Made by a program: the position numbers and the translations under genes. A stretch of 63,958 nt of DNA, counting the filler, from Diploschistes diacapsis (Eukaryota): NCBI GenBank assembly GCA_023645945.1. It is 19 parts of 19 records of this genome, joined end to end, with 100 filler letters (N's around TTAATTAATTAA, not from the genome) between each part and the next. Parts side by side here need not be neighbours in the genome. Positions count along the whole stretch, not along the records: positions 43,610 to 63,958 come from JALAIB010000347.1; 18 more parts are not named here. One strand, written 5' to 3'. Below, in pieces: positions 50,366 to 62,225 of this stretch (positions within the stretch are counted from its first letter, which is position 1; each line of letters opens with the position of its first letter). The notes under the pieces were generated by a model. That model had not been told where the DNA came from and searched no databases. It was given only the letters and a program-made list of their open reading frames with translations.

Positions 50366-53300
50366 GGTGCTGTAGCGTCGAAGAGCTTGAGAGGGCAGTG
50401 ATTGAAATAGAGTACCGACTATATCTTACGGCGGACCTAAAGGCCAAGGGAGTGGTGGAGTAGACTCTGGAATTATCGCTTGAGGGTGTGGCGGAATGAT
50501 TTTCTGTAGGACCAAGACTGAAAGTGAGCCCACATCGCGACTTCATATATGGTCCGCTTGAAGACGAAGCGTTGAGACCCTGGTGAGCTGGCTGATGAGT
50601 CTGTATAGTCATGGATGCGGTGTATGAGTAATTAATCCCTCAGGCAGAGCAAATGTAAGGTCAAAAAAGCCTTTCAAGAGACCAAGCGACTAGATAGCTT
50701 CAACTTCAACAGACGAGAGACGGATTTAGAGCCTCGAAGAGAGGGACGTACACTACTTCGGAATGACATAAGAGAGGCTCACAATTGGTTATAGTTTTCC
50801 TGCAGCCTCACGAACCAGGCAGGGCAAAGACCTCCTGAACCACTCAAAGGAACCCCCCAGATCTTGGTGGAAGTTCCGCCATGAGTGAACAAAAGGTCTA
50901 GTGATGCGTAACTAAGAAGAGCTGGCAAAGGACTTGTGGAGTCGACTAGCCGACGGCCTCGTCCTAGATTGTAATGTTCGCAACCCGAAAAAACACGAAA
51001 AGGCCGACTACCAAGCTGAAGCTTCATCAGAATCCGAACTGTTCCCTGTCCACCTGATGTTGAAGTCGCACAGAAGTATATGGGAAGCCAGGCGCCAGGC
51101 GAGCGAGCCGAGTAGACGTAGGCAGCTTATAACGCCTGGATGCCCAGTAGATTGAGACCATTCTATTCATAGCTTCGCAAAAGACATGGGTTTAGGTTCA
51201 TATCAATCGCAAGGAAAACAGACCATCAGGACCACACTGAAATAACAGCATTGAGGTAGGCTTGAGCCTCTTACGGATCTGGTCCATGCCCTGTATGGCA
51301 GGTCATCCATCGATCAGACTAACTGATACAAGCAACCGTTTTGCACGTTGCAACCCGGTCAACTCCATACGGCAAGGCTTTGTAATTCGTTACTGAAGTC
51401 TCCGCCGCAACATGAAGCTCAATGTGTGCCGGGGTGCCAAATTTGTAACGAATTCCAGCTTGAATGGTATGTCAGGGACGGGCAAACCTTCCGCCGCATG
51501 GCCAGGGATTCCGATATCCAAAGTGAAAAGGCGTATAGTGTCCTCAGCCGCACATACTAGGGTTTCGAGATTACTGGATTGTGGTAGAAGTGAGGATGAA
51601 AAGTGAAGTTTGTGACTAAAGATGATACTCCACTGTACCAAGCTTCAGGCTATGAGGCATACCTTGCCGTCAATCAGCAGCTCTCTCCTATGTATTTAGC
51701 AATGGGTCATGCATACCTCATCAGTGTATAATCAACGCGAGCTTTGACAAAGCAGCAGGACCACTTGGCCATGCGCAGGCATGGTCGCATGCAACTTCGA
51801 GTATCTTGACCCCGTTGTATCTGGATTTAAAAGACCAGAGCACACATAGAGTATGCCAACCGCCCAGCTCTCTGCCTATAGGATAGGCAGGCATTAGCTG
51901 CACATTCGATGTTGGTGAACTGAGTGCCTCGTGCCATCGTCATTGCATTTGCGACATTAAGGATTTCTATCTTCGCAGTCCGGAAGCTGGCCGCATCACA
52001 GATAGATAGTCGGAATATACCTTAACCCAGAGCCAACCTCCAGCTGGAAAGACACCAGCGTGATACTGTTTGGGGAATGAATCCGTGGCAAAGCAAGCCA
52101 ATGGGGTAGTGTAAGAGCGCATTCGGCGCGGTAAGAACAATTTCAGTGCGCTTTTTGCCAAGGCCGACAGCTGGGCCTATCAGATATCACGTGTCAGCTT
52201 AACAGCTTAACAGCTTAACAGCTACACAACGTAGCAAGTAAATGCGCCACTTACCTATCTATCTATCTATACATATCTGTACCTTGTACACATCCCACCC
52301 ACGTACAGCTCTAACTCTGGTTGAGTTGCCTCTGGACGGACCGAAAAAATGGTATACAGCCTTTATATCGGGCCCAACTTCGGGACAGTTGATGCCTGGA
52401 GAACTCTCAGATCGTTGCGATCAAGAGCTGGTCCACGAGGCTCCCAGAATTTTTGCAACGCCGTGGGAAATGAGATGTCTCAAATGATATGACCATGAAT
52501 GCCTTAGGAAACAAATTGAAATTGAGCTGCAATCTATGCACATTGCGTGTCGGTTACAACTCTATGAGAGCGTTTGTCAGAAGAGGTCAGTATGTTATCT
52601 CCTGTGTCTTGCGTCTATGCTGCTTTTTCCTTAAAAGTTCCATTGCAGCACCTACTGGGGTTTATCGGTCTGCCAGAGACTCTACAGTCTAGAGTGTTGG
52701 GGTCTTCTTTCACCCACTGCGAGCAATATGCTTTCCGAACTAATAATCGATGGATTTACTTCCCCTTACTTTAATGTCCCCTTACCTTAGTTAAGGTTCA
52801 AGAGCTATTGAGAATATGGGGTATTACAAGTTCTTGACAACATCACCAACGTTTCCAAAATTTTTGCAGTGGAGGCTTTTTTGGTCCAGTGGCCTATTGA
52901 CTTCCCCTAACACGAAATTTCTGTTTCCTTAGCATAATTCCGACCGCTACTTATGCGATTCTCCTGGGGGTCAGTGTAAAGACCGCTTTAACAACTGCAA
53001 AAGCCACCTTCTAGCAGGCGCTTGACTGCTTTCTGCTGATCACACAGTCAGCATGCCATAGTGGGGATTCGAGATCTACTTGATTAGGCTGGTGGTGTCC
53101 TATACCATGCGGCCATGCCTTATATCAAGATGTCTTCTTGTGCATCTTTCCTTCAAAGAACGAGTCCGATGCTCTGCCATTTTCTTACTACTACTGCAGC
53201 CATGCAAGGACAAGTTACGAAGAAATGATTCCTGACCGGGCCGAGGTATACTGGGTTCAGAATCTGGCAAGTCATTCTGAATCACCTTTAAATTTGCATT

Positions 53301-55453
53301 CAGTTGTCGGCTACACACAGCTCTACAAATGGCTCAAGCGTAAGGATGCTTTAAATAAATATCGCCGTTTTCTTATTCAAGCGAGGTGGGAATGAAGGCA
53401 GAGAGGCCCTAGATGAGGAGGAGGAGGAGGAGGCTATGGGGGTATAACTGCTTTTCGGGGGCCAGATTGGGGCGCAGAGGGCTTCAATCTAAATCTTTTT
53501 ACAATATCTCTACATTCACATCTGGCTTCCGCTACAGTTATTTCGGCCGATTCAATCCGGATTTACTTTGAAATCCACTTTTTATGATCTACATGAATAC
53601 ATCGGAGATGGGTGCGTTTATAGCGCAGTTTAGCTCAGACATATAATACATACTAATTTCTATGAGAACTAAATATGAGCTAAACGGCTTGGTATCTGCA
53701 TTAAATTTCGAGGGTATGCGGAGCAGGTGGTGCTCCTGAGTTCAAACGGGGCTCCACTGCGACCAAAACATGAGGCATACCTACGTTGTGAATATCAACA
53801 ACACGATTTGTGTGTCATAGTTAGGAGCACCAAGAGACCAGCTTCAGAGAAGTCTTAGCTCCCTATCTTCGCCAATTACCTTACCATTGCCCTTGCAATC
53901 GAACAGTAGAGCCAGCCCTACGAAGGTCAACCGCCTTGCTGTTCAAAGCTGCAGGTCGACTCGCTTGCGAATTAATCAGCTATCACATCATCAAGAAACT
54001 AGGTGGCCATGACTCCATCTGGTTTCCTTGGTAAAATAATTGCCCCTTAAGTGGTTAGAATGCAACAAACTTGAATGTCCAAACCTGACGCGGCGGCATT
54101 GAATGGGCGAGAGATTCAGCTTGCGCAATGCAACAACATGTATCTTTGTTCGTGTTGGCTCAGTGAATACTTATCTGACACCCTTCATTCCCCCCAGCCC
54201 CCCCAGCTTCTTATTCCTTCCTCCGCAGCCAGCCACTTAGGGTATTTCCTTCTTTTCCCTTTTCCAACGGCAACGACGCCGCGCCCCCGTTTATAGAACC
54301 AGAGCTAGCGACGAGACGCGCACGATAATCGAGCCGAAGGAACGCATCCAGTCGTGAGAGATGAATCTTATCGTGGTAGGCAAGCGACGGAGGCGAGAGA
54401 CTGCCAGGGCCAAGGCAGAGAAGAGGACGGCGGCGAGGGAGGTAGAGACGACGAGATCTGTAAAGGTATTAAAACAAACGAAAGGGGAGAGAGAAAGTAG
54501 GTAAGACAGCCAAAAGAGGAGGCGAGGAAGAAGAAAAAAAGGGGCAAAACATGAGGCGCGCAGGGGAGGTAAGTATGTAATAGAGCGACGGTGAGGGAGG
54601 GTTGTGGTGTAGTTTTATAGCACACTCACTATATACACGGGGCGGGCGTCCGAAGCATCTTCCAGCCCTACCGTTGCGTTACGTCAACTCTTTTAACTAC
54701 CCCGGTAAAAGCCGGCTGAGGACCGCCAGGGGCCGCTTGAACCCCCCGTTAACCATTAATCGCTCCGTTGGCGGTTGCAACGTATGTACTTTAAGGTTCT
54801 CAAGCAACTTGTGTGTTCTTCTCTTTCTCTTCCGTTACTAGGCTTTTGAGGAGAAAAACACAACTACTTCTATAGTTGGGCTTGGTTATGAAGACAATGT
54901 GTGTGTGTTTTAGGGAAGGCGCCAATGCTGAGTGTCGCGCACAAAGCACAGAGCCCTTTTTCGCACTGAGCTTGCACCGCTGCTGCATCTAAGCGAGTGT
55001 TTGAAACTTTCCCCTTGCGATCCGCGACACTCAATGTCAAGCCTTTCGAATTGAATTTATGCTCCCAGTCCTCATTCCTCTTTTTCAATTCTATCTTACA
55101 GTTGCAGTGTACCTTGATGGTCATTGTCCTAATGGCTGAGTTGGAAAGTTTCTACTCCTTTGGGCGAACAGGTCTTTGCATTTCTTTCTCGTCACCTCGC
55201 CTCTATCTTTGAATCTCTTCGTCTCCACTTCCTTTGGTCTCTCGAAGGCTTTGAAGGTCACCCTAATTGCATTCTTAACGATATAATTCTCCAGTTTTGT
55301 CTTAATGACCCATCCCTAGCGTGTACCCTTCGTTGCGTCTCTTAGACTTCGATCAACGGGTCTTCTCCAGAACAGTCGATATAAAGGTAATATTGAGCTG
55401 ATGCACCCTATTATCGCCCAGCGAGCCACCAGCCACCAGCATCCCCTCTCGTC

Positions 55454-57214
55454 ATGGGCCTCCCTCGATATGAGAAAATCCCCAGTCGTCAAATGTCCGA
55501 GTTGTCCGCAACCAGCAGCAGCTCCGAAAATTCAAATGACCCACTCATCTCGTCCACGAAAGAAGTTCTAGGCTCTCCGCTACCATCGCCAGGGCTACTT
55601 GCCTTACCGTCCTCGCGAAAGAGGCAGCGCGCACAGACCTTACGCATACTCCGCATGCTTCTGCATACTTCAACCTGGGCACTCATTGCTGGCTTTCTCT
55701 TTTGGGGGCTCACCTCTTTGTTCTCCAATGGCCAGCCCTTCAGAGTCAATGTTAGCTACCTACAAAAGATCGGAGACAGCGACACATTAATTCATAACGA
55801 AGCATTACCTTTGAAAGCGCTCCCAATTGCGGTCACCGATGGTGAGGGCAATAGTCGCTGGACAATCTCCATTCCGCCTTATGAGGACTTTCCTCTGAAG
55901 CCCGGTACTTATGCAGATCTTTGCGGCAAATCTCATGACTTGGCACATCACCTTGATATGATCCGGAATGGCCATGCGGGCCACTACGGCTACTATCACG
56001 TTGATAATAGCTTCATGGATGTCAGTGAAGCAGAGAAATTAGTCTTTCTTCCACCTGGGCTGCCAGCCCACCACGCAAGCGTTGTCCCTGGCTCAGGTGT
56101 TGCCTCGAATGGCGACGTCGTGGTTGAGCGTTATCCGGTCACAGGCGTCTGTAAGCGCAGCTTGACCTACGTTCTTGAATCCACCGACGCCGGCTTCGGC
56201 GCTGCACTGATGGGCCTCTGGCTCGCCTATGGCCTGGCCATGAAAGAGGGCCGGGCTTTTTTTGTCGATGACCGGGAGTGGGTCTACGGAACCTACACCA
56301 AATTCTTTGCGCCTCCACCCACGCCTTCCTGCCTCCCACCTCCCGAAACTGAGCGCCTTCCATGCCCGCACCATGCCGCACATCTGCTGGTTTCGGCGGC
56401 AACTACACACTGGACTTTTGGGCACGCATTCAACGAGGAGTTCGAAGATCCTCGCGGAATGGAGGTGCAGCGCCAGAAGCCGATCTTCGCCCTCATGCGT
56501 GCCGGTTTCGAGGCACTCTTCCAACTCGCCGCTTCTGACGCCGAATACGTAGACAACCGATTGAGCGAGATCGAGGAAAAGGTGCAGCCAGGAATGAGCG
56601 TGGGCGTACACGTCCGGCGCGGCGACAAGAAACCCTACGAGCCCAAATACGCGCAAAAGGGCGAGTATGTTCCCAGCGTGCGTTTCGTCGATGTCGCAAA
56701 CGACGAGCTGCTCCGCTCCTTGCTTCCGGACAACAGGACCGAGTTCGAGCTGGGCTTCAACAGGTCGAGGATGGTGCTTGCGAGCGACGACCCCGCCGTC
56801 TACGACGAGTGGGAGTTCCGCGGCCAGGAGCGGGCGCAGCTCCGCGTCGTCCTCGCCACTGGACAGCACGATACCGTCAACATCAGCTCTTACCCGGATT
56901 GGGAGGGCGAGAAAGTGCACCAGTCGTGGGAGGGCGGCTTCGATCAGCGGCAGTTCTGGAAGATGCCGTCGAGCAAGGAGGGAGGAGGGTGGGCCTGGGG
57001 CGCGGACCCGGCCGTGCAGGAGCGACAGCTCATGGCTCGGGCATACCTCTTGGATCTGGCGGTCGTGAGCCGGATGGACAGGGTCGTGTGCACGGTCAGT
57101 AGCGCCGGGTGCAGACTGCTGGCAGTCATGATGGGGTGGGATACCGCGATCGAGAAGGGCAGGTGGATCAATGTAGATGGCGACTGGGATTGGAAGGGTA
57201 TTCGGTGGTCTTGA
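55454..57214 (+). CDS. Type II membrane GT23/FUT8-NodZ-like glycosyltransferase (586 aa)
   Basis: Intronless ORF with a single N-terminal TM segment. Fucosyltransferase motif I GVHVRRGDK, motif II VLASDD and motif III LLDLAVV..DRVVCTVSSAGCR. Confidence 0.85.
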   Translation: MGLPRYEKIPSRQMSELSATSSSSENSNDPLISSTKEVLGSPLPSPGLLALPSSRKRQRAQTLRILRMLLHTSTWALIAGFLFWGLTSLFSNGQPFRVNVSYLQKIGDSDTLIHNEALPLKALPIAVTDGEGNSRWTISIPPYEDFPLKPGTYADLCGKSHDLAHHLDMIRNGHAGHYGYYHVDNSFMDVSEAEKLVFLPPGLPAHHASVVPGSGVASNGDVVVERYPVTGVCKRSLTYVLESTDAGFGAALMGLWLAYGLAMKEGRAFFVDDREWVYGTYTKFFAPPPTPSCLPPPETERLPCPHHAAHLLVSAATTHWTFGHAFNEEFEDPRGMEVQRQKPIFALMRAGFEALFQLAASDAEYVDNRLSEIEEKVQPGMSVGVHVRRGDKKPYEPKYAQKGEYVPSVRFVDVANDELLRSLLPDNRTEFELGFNRSRMVLASDDPAVYDEWEFRGQERAQLRVVLATGQHDTVNISSYPDWEGEKVHQSWEGGFDQRQFWKMPSSKEGGGWAWGADPAVQERQLMARAYLLDLAVVSRMDRVVCTVSSAGCRLLAVMMGWDTAIEKGRWINVDGDWDWKGIRWS

Positions 57215-57411
57215 AGGATATTTACGTAACATGGTCACTCACGCCCAAAAAAAAATTTACGCAGTTTGGAGCAAGCTCTTAGGCTGGCAGGGTTTTCCTA
57301 AGAATGCCCTCGCCGCCCTTACGGAGCATTCGAAATCAATACCATCTAAAAGCTATCCGGAAGCCGACTGAACAAGCATAAGCTGTGAATATGAAAAACA
57401 AAATCATAAGC

Positions 57412-59308
57412 TTAGAAGCCTGTCTTGATCTCCGGCGCATTAAACACTCTCCGAGCCCACGCGAAGTAGTAGATGGTGCTGAAGAGAACGACAAACGACG
57501 TCACCAACACGCTGAAGTTCATGTTGTCCGGCGTGACTGGTAGCTCCGTGGGCCAGAACGAAATGAAGCAGATGACGACCAAGTAGGCAATTGCAAAGAC
57601 ATTGTTCACGATGCCGAAAGCGCTGGGCAGTCGCCAGGGGCCCCATTGGACCGGACCATTGGTGCCGACTTTGCCCGATACGCGGCCAATCAGCAGGAGA
57701 ACCGCGACAACCATGTAAGACAGAAAGAGCGATTCCAGAAGCAGGGACATGAAGGCGTCGAAAACCGTCGTGCTTCCGATGTTTATGAGGCCAAGCAGGA
57801 GATCGATTGTGAAAACCGTGAAGATGGCGGTGAGCGGGATCGTGGTCCTCCTGCTGATCCGGCTCAGCTTGGACGAGAAGGGAAGGGCCTTGTCTTGCGC
57901 GAAAGACCACATGATTCTGGAAGCCGAGGCAACGGAACCAACGCAGGCGCAGAACTGCAGCATTGCGACCAGTGAAGCCATGATGAGTGCCGCGCTTGTC
58001 GATTGACAGCCCTGTGCAAGAATTGTAATGAACGGATACGGTGCGTTTGCCACGGAATCGATGTCAACTTGAGTAAAAAGTACGGCCAGAAGAATGCCCA
58101 AGGCCAAAACACCGTTGATTACAACGCTGGCGACCATTGACCGTGAGACATTAATAGCAGCATCTTTCACCTCTTCTGACATCTATGCGAAGTCAGCACC
58201 ATAGCTCTTTTCCACATTTATTCCTCGAGCAGGCGCTTACATGCACAGCTCCATCGGTGCCTATAACGGGGAGTCAGAAAGCTCCGACAACACGCGCGAT
58301 CAATAACTTACCAATGAAAGCTCCAGCATTTCCATTAAGACCAATAATGACCGCAAAGGCTCCAGTGTACCAGCCACCATCGTTAACAAAGGTTGTGAAA
58401 ACTTCACTGGCACTGTTATGTGGAGCAAGGTACACCAATGGAATCAGGATAGCGAAAAAGCCCAGTATGTGGAATATGAGGATCAGAATCTCCAGATAGG
58501 GCAGAAGGCCACTTAGGACCGTATTGACAACCACTGCCGCTGTAAGAACGGCCCAGAATATGAAGGTCCCCTGCCAGCCTGTTGCATTATAGTCTGGATG
58601 AGCCTCTGCAGCAATACCTTGGATCAAGCTGCTCGTGATGAATCCTGTGATGGCAGATGCCGCAATCCAGCCAGCTGTGGTCAACCATCCTGTTTCCGCG
58701 GTCAACGAGTGGGACAGCCCAACCTTTCCTTTAAGCCTACCAGTTATGTAACTCAAGAACTTCCTATGCGACTTTGGGGCCAGCACGCACACCCAGTGAT
58801 ATTGTCCGCCTGCAGTAGGATACATGGACGAGAGCTCACTGATGACCATAAAGACGGAAAGAGTCCCGAGCCAACAGAAAAGAAAGCCGTAAATCAAGCC
58901 TCCGGGGCCACCGCTGTCCAGCGTTAGAAGAAGACTTTCATCCAGGACATTTTCTAGAAATACTTTTGATATCCGAGGGAAAAATCACTATTGACCAATT
59001 AGCCGGCATCTTTCCCAGCCTTGGAAGAGGATTGCTTACGTTAAGACGCCCTCCCAGGTATTCATAAGAGCGCAAGAGAAGCCTGTCATGCTCACAAGAC
59101 CGAAGTTTCGCTCCGTTTGTTAGCTAAAGCACCTCAACTGGGGCGCTTCCGATACCTTAAGAACAGCCGCCTTGCCTAACTTTGCAAGATCGAGAGCATC
59201 TTTGTCCATGCGGGCAGTATGGTTTACGCCGTCTCCGCAGGCAGTCATACTCCTCTGCTTGGACGTCTGAGGCTCATAGTTGTTCATCTCGATTGCTGAC
59301 TCTAACAT
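57412..59308 (-). CDS. APC-superfamily choline/GABA-type permease (Hnm1-like)
   Basis: Multi-exon gene. Motifs: LAKLGKAAVLK|RNFGLVSMTGFS, GGPGGLIYGF, ELSSMYPTAGGQYHWV, HMSEEVKDA, SASRIMWSFAQDKALPFS and NMNF. About 12 TM segments. Confidence 0.93.
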
Positions 59309-60184
59309 GTTGCTCAGTAACAATTCAAGGAGGTCAAAGACGATGCGTAAAGAAGGCTTCAAGAAGGAGAATGGCCGATCAAAGAAAAAAGCAGAAAAGG
59401 ACGGGCCGCGGCGGTTACACAGCAATGCATGGAGGAAAACAAACTCAGTGCTAAGCTGAATGAAGTGTCTCAACATGCCACACGTCCAATGTCTCTGAAG
59501 CGAGACCGAAGACGAGGAGGCACCTTGGGCGAATTCCTGTCTTCGTGAGCCCCGAGAGAAGAGACCTCGGTTTTCCTTCCTTGCGAGAGAGTTTCGAGAT
59601 GGACCTGCCCACCTATCCACCTACTTTTACCACAGAGCTTAATGTATCGTTTCTTAGGCTATTTAGATCTTTAATATCTAGATTATTTTTTGCGAGCGTA
59701 TCAGCTGTGGCTCGTATATGTAATAAAGCTAAACTACTTGGTAGGTATACTGTATGTGGAGAGTGAGCGGTGCAGGAAAACTGAAGCTATAAAAACCGAT
59801 AATGTGCCTATATAATACCTTCCTAGGCCATCTATGGTGAGCAAAGCATCAATGGAGGAATCTGCTGGGTGCTGCTGGCCTGGTTGATGCCACACCGCGA
59901 CTTCTGCACAGAAAAATCACGAGCGGAGGTTCCATATCAGGAGAGCAGGCAAGCAGGTAACAGAACTAACTTCATGGGCCAACGGTGTTCGGGGAGGCAC
60001 AACAGCTTGTATGACAGAGTACTCGTGTAACACATTCCGCAACCGAACAGGTCAAGCGACTCCTCTTCCCCATCCAAGCGCAAGATTATAGGCGGGTCTT
60101 ATAAAGAACGCGAAGTGTAAAAATGGGCTTTCGCCAAATCTAGAGTCTGTACCTCTCTCGCATTGCACTGCTGTCTTCCCAGAC

Positions 60185-61541
60185 ATGGCGGATAACGGGC
60201 TGCCTCAGAACCAACCTAGTCTTGCGGTGCGTGGCGGCCAGCTGGTTTTTTCAGTTACCTTCTTCCTCCTAGCCGTTTCGACCTTGGCCATAGTGGCTAG
60301 AGTCTACGCAAAGCATGTCGTCGCGCGGAAGCTGGGCATGGACGATGCCTTTGCCATTGCTGCATTAGTGAGTGACTCCTCGCCGGCTTTGAAATTGATA
60401 TTATAAGCTGAATCGATTACATAGATCCTCAGCATCGGCTCTGCAGGGGCTACGTCTGCTCAAGTTTCGAATGGTCTGGGGCAAAAATTGCAAAGCTTAG
60501 AAGCGCAGTCGATCGATGCTTTTTTCAAGGTAAATCTTCTACAGCTGGTCGGTTGTACTCTAGGGCTCCGTCTGATCTTCTCAAAGAGCAACTATGCCAT
60601 GGACATCTTGTATCTTGCGGTCTTGTGCACGGCAAAGCTATCGATCATTAGCTTATTGCTCCTACTCTCGCCGGCGCGGAACCATCGTTTCATGAGTCTT
60701 ACTGTTGGAGGCTTAATAGCTCTCTGGTGGCTCATCTCCGAGCTTGCTGTTGCTTTCCAATGTCAAGTGCCAGACACATGGAAGATCAGTAACCAATCTT
60801 GCATCGATAGGGCGAGTAAGTGCTCGGCCAGGGTTGACACAGTCGCTGATAAAAGCCATAGGTAGCCCTATGGTATTTCATTGGAATTTTCAGCATCGTC
60901 TCTGATCTCCTTATCGTGGCCCTGCCAGTTTATATTATTCAGGCACTGCACATGAAAACGCGGAAGAAAGCTATCCTTATTGCCTCATTCAGTACCCGTA
61001 TCTTGTAAGGCCAGCAAGCTTTCCGCTTTCTTGGAGCAAAAGAATGCTAAAAAGATAATCCAGTGACGTTGGGGCGGCCTCAGCCCAAATCTCCTACACA
61101 AACGCATTGAGTTCCCCCGACCTAACTTTCGACCTCTGGCCCTGGGTTCTCATCCTGCAGGGTGTTCAATGCGTGACAATTGTCACGTCCTGTATCCCCT
61201 ACCTGCGACAGCTTCTGGAAACGATTCCTTCAGGGCTCTACATGAGCGACGAGCTGCGCCGGCGCGGGGGCAGGAACGGGTCACTGGCCGCCTGCGGCTC
61301 TGACAGGAACACCGCGAACAGCGAGCCGAAGCCGTCAAGGTTTGGAGGGAAAAGGGGCCGAGCAATGAATCACGACGGCGCCATGCTCACGTTGGGCAGG
61401 ATGACAAACTCGGCCGGAGAGAATCTAGCCGAAGTATCCGTGCCCGAGGAGGCAGAGAGGGAGGTGGACAGCAGCAGCTACAATAGCCAGTCTCATATTT
61501 TGAAGACAACAACCTTTGGCTCGGCGAGCTACCGGGCGTAA
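60185..61541 (+). CDS. PTH11-like (fungal rhodopsin-domain) integral membrane protein, no CFEM seen
   Basis: Multi-exon gene. Motifs: ARVYAK..LGMDD, NGLGQ, YAMDILYLAVLCTAKLSI, AFQCQVP..W, DLLIVALP and IVTSCIPYLR. Confidence 0.88.
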
Positions 61542-61719
61542 AGGTTCCATAGTGGTCGGTTGCGTTCCCTCGGGGCCATGCTGTGTGAAATACGTTGAAT
61601 TCAGCTCCATTGTTAATGATGGTCTGCACCAAGATTCAGGAGCACCACCTGCTTTTCATCTTCTCTCCATAAAAATCGTAGGGCTTCAATTAGACTACGT
61701 ATACGCTAAACTAGGCTTT

Positions 61720-62225
61720 ATACATACTTGAGTGTTTTGCTCTTTTTAAAGCTATTATTTCAAAAGTCATTTAGCAGCGTTTTGAGTGTCGTCGTGTCAT
61801 TTATTTCTAACATTCATTTCTTACATATTTTTACAACTTATCACAAGAGTTTAATACGCCGCTTTTGTAGGTTATTTAAATTATTGGTCTAGACTAATTT
61901 TCTCTCTCGCGGCAATATATGCTTTCATAAATATTGTTCTCCGTCAATTTCTCTCTATATTTTTGATCTTTATTTCTTTTTTCGTTTATTCTTATCCTTC
62001 ATTCTCGCTATCTATCGTTCTCTTATACATATATATATATATATATATATTTATATATTAGTTTCTAATAATTTCTACTATTTATAATTGTCTCGTTATC
62101 GATCAGAATAAAACTATCATTCATGACCGCGACGCGTTTTATCTTTTGACTCGATTATCGTACACGTTTTTCTGCTAATGTTAATTTCGCAAACGATGAT
62201 ATCGTATAAGAGTATCGTATAATTT
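61720..62225. repeat. AT-rich RIP-like tract containing an (AT)n microsatellite (~62029-62050)
   Basis: Local drop in GC with CpG retained, and an ATATAT run. Confidence 0.6.

Noticed and set aside
52196..52224. (CAGCTTAA)x3 tandem, and similarly (ACAAGGAA)x3 near 43704
   Set aside because: Ordinary short slippage repeats with no further structure.
53711..53765. Hairpin GGAGCA-GGTGG-TGCTCC followed by TTCAAAC, superficially like tRNA-Sec
   Set aside because: The anticodon stem does not pair, and there is no acceptor stem or T-arm.
56093..57238. 381-aa antisense ORF over the glycosyltransferase
   Set aside because: Shadow ORF caused by high GC at third codon positions. No recognisable motifs.
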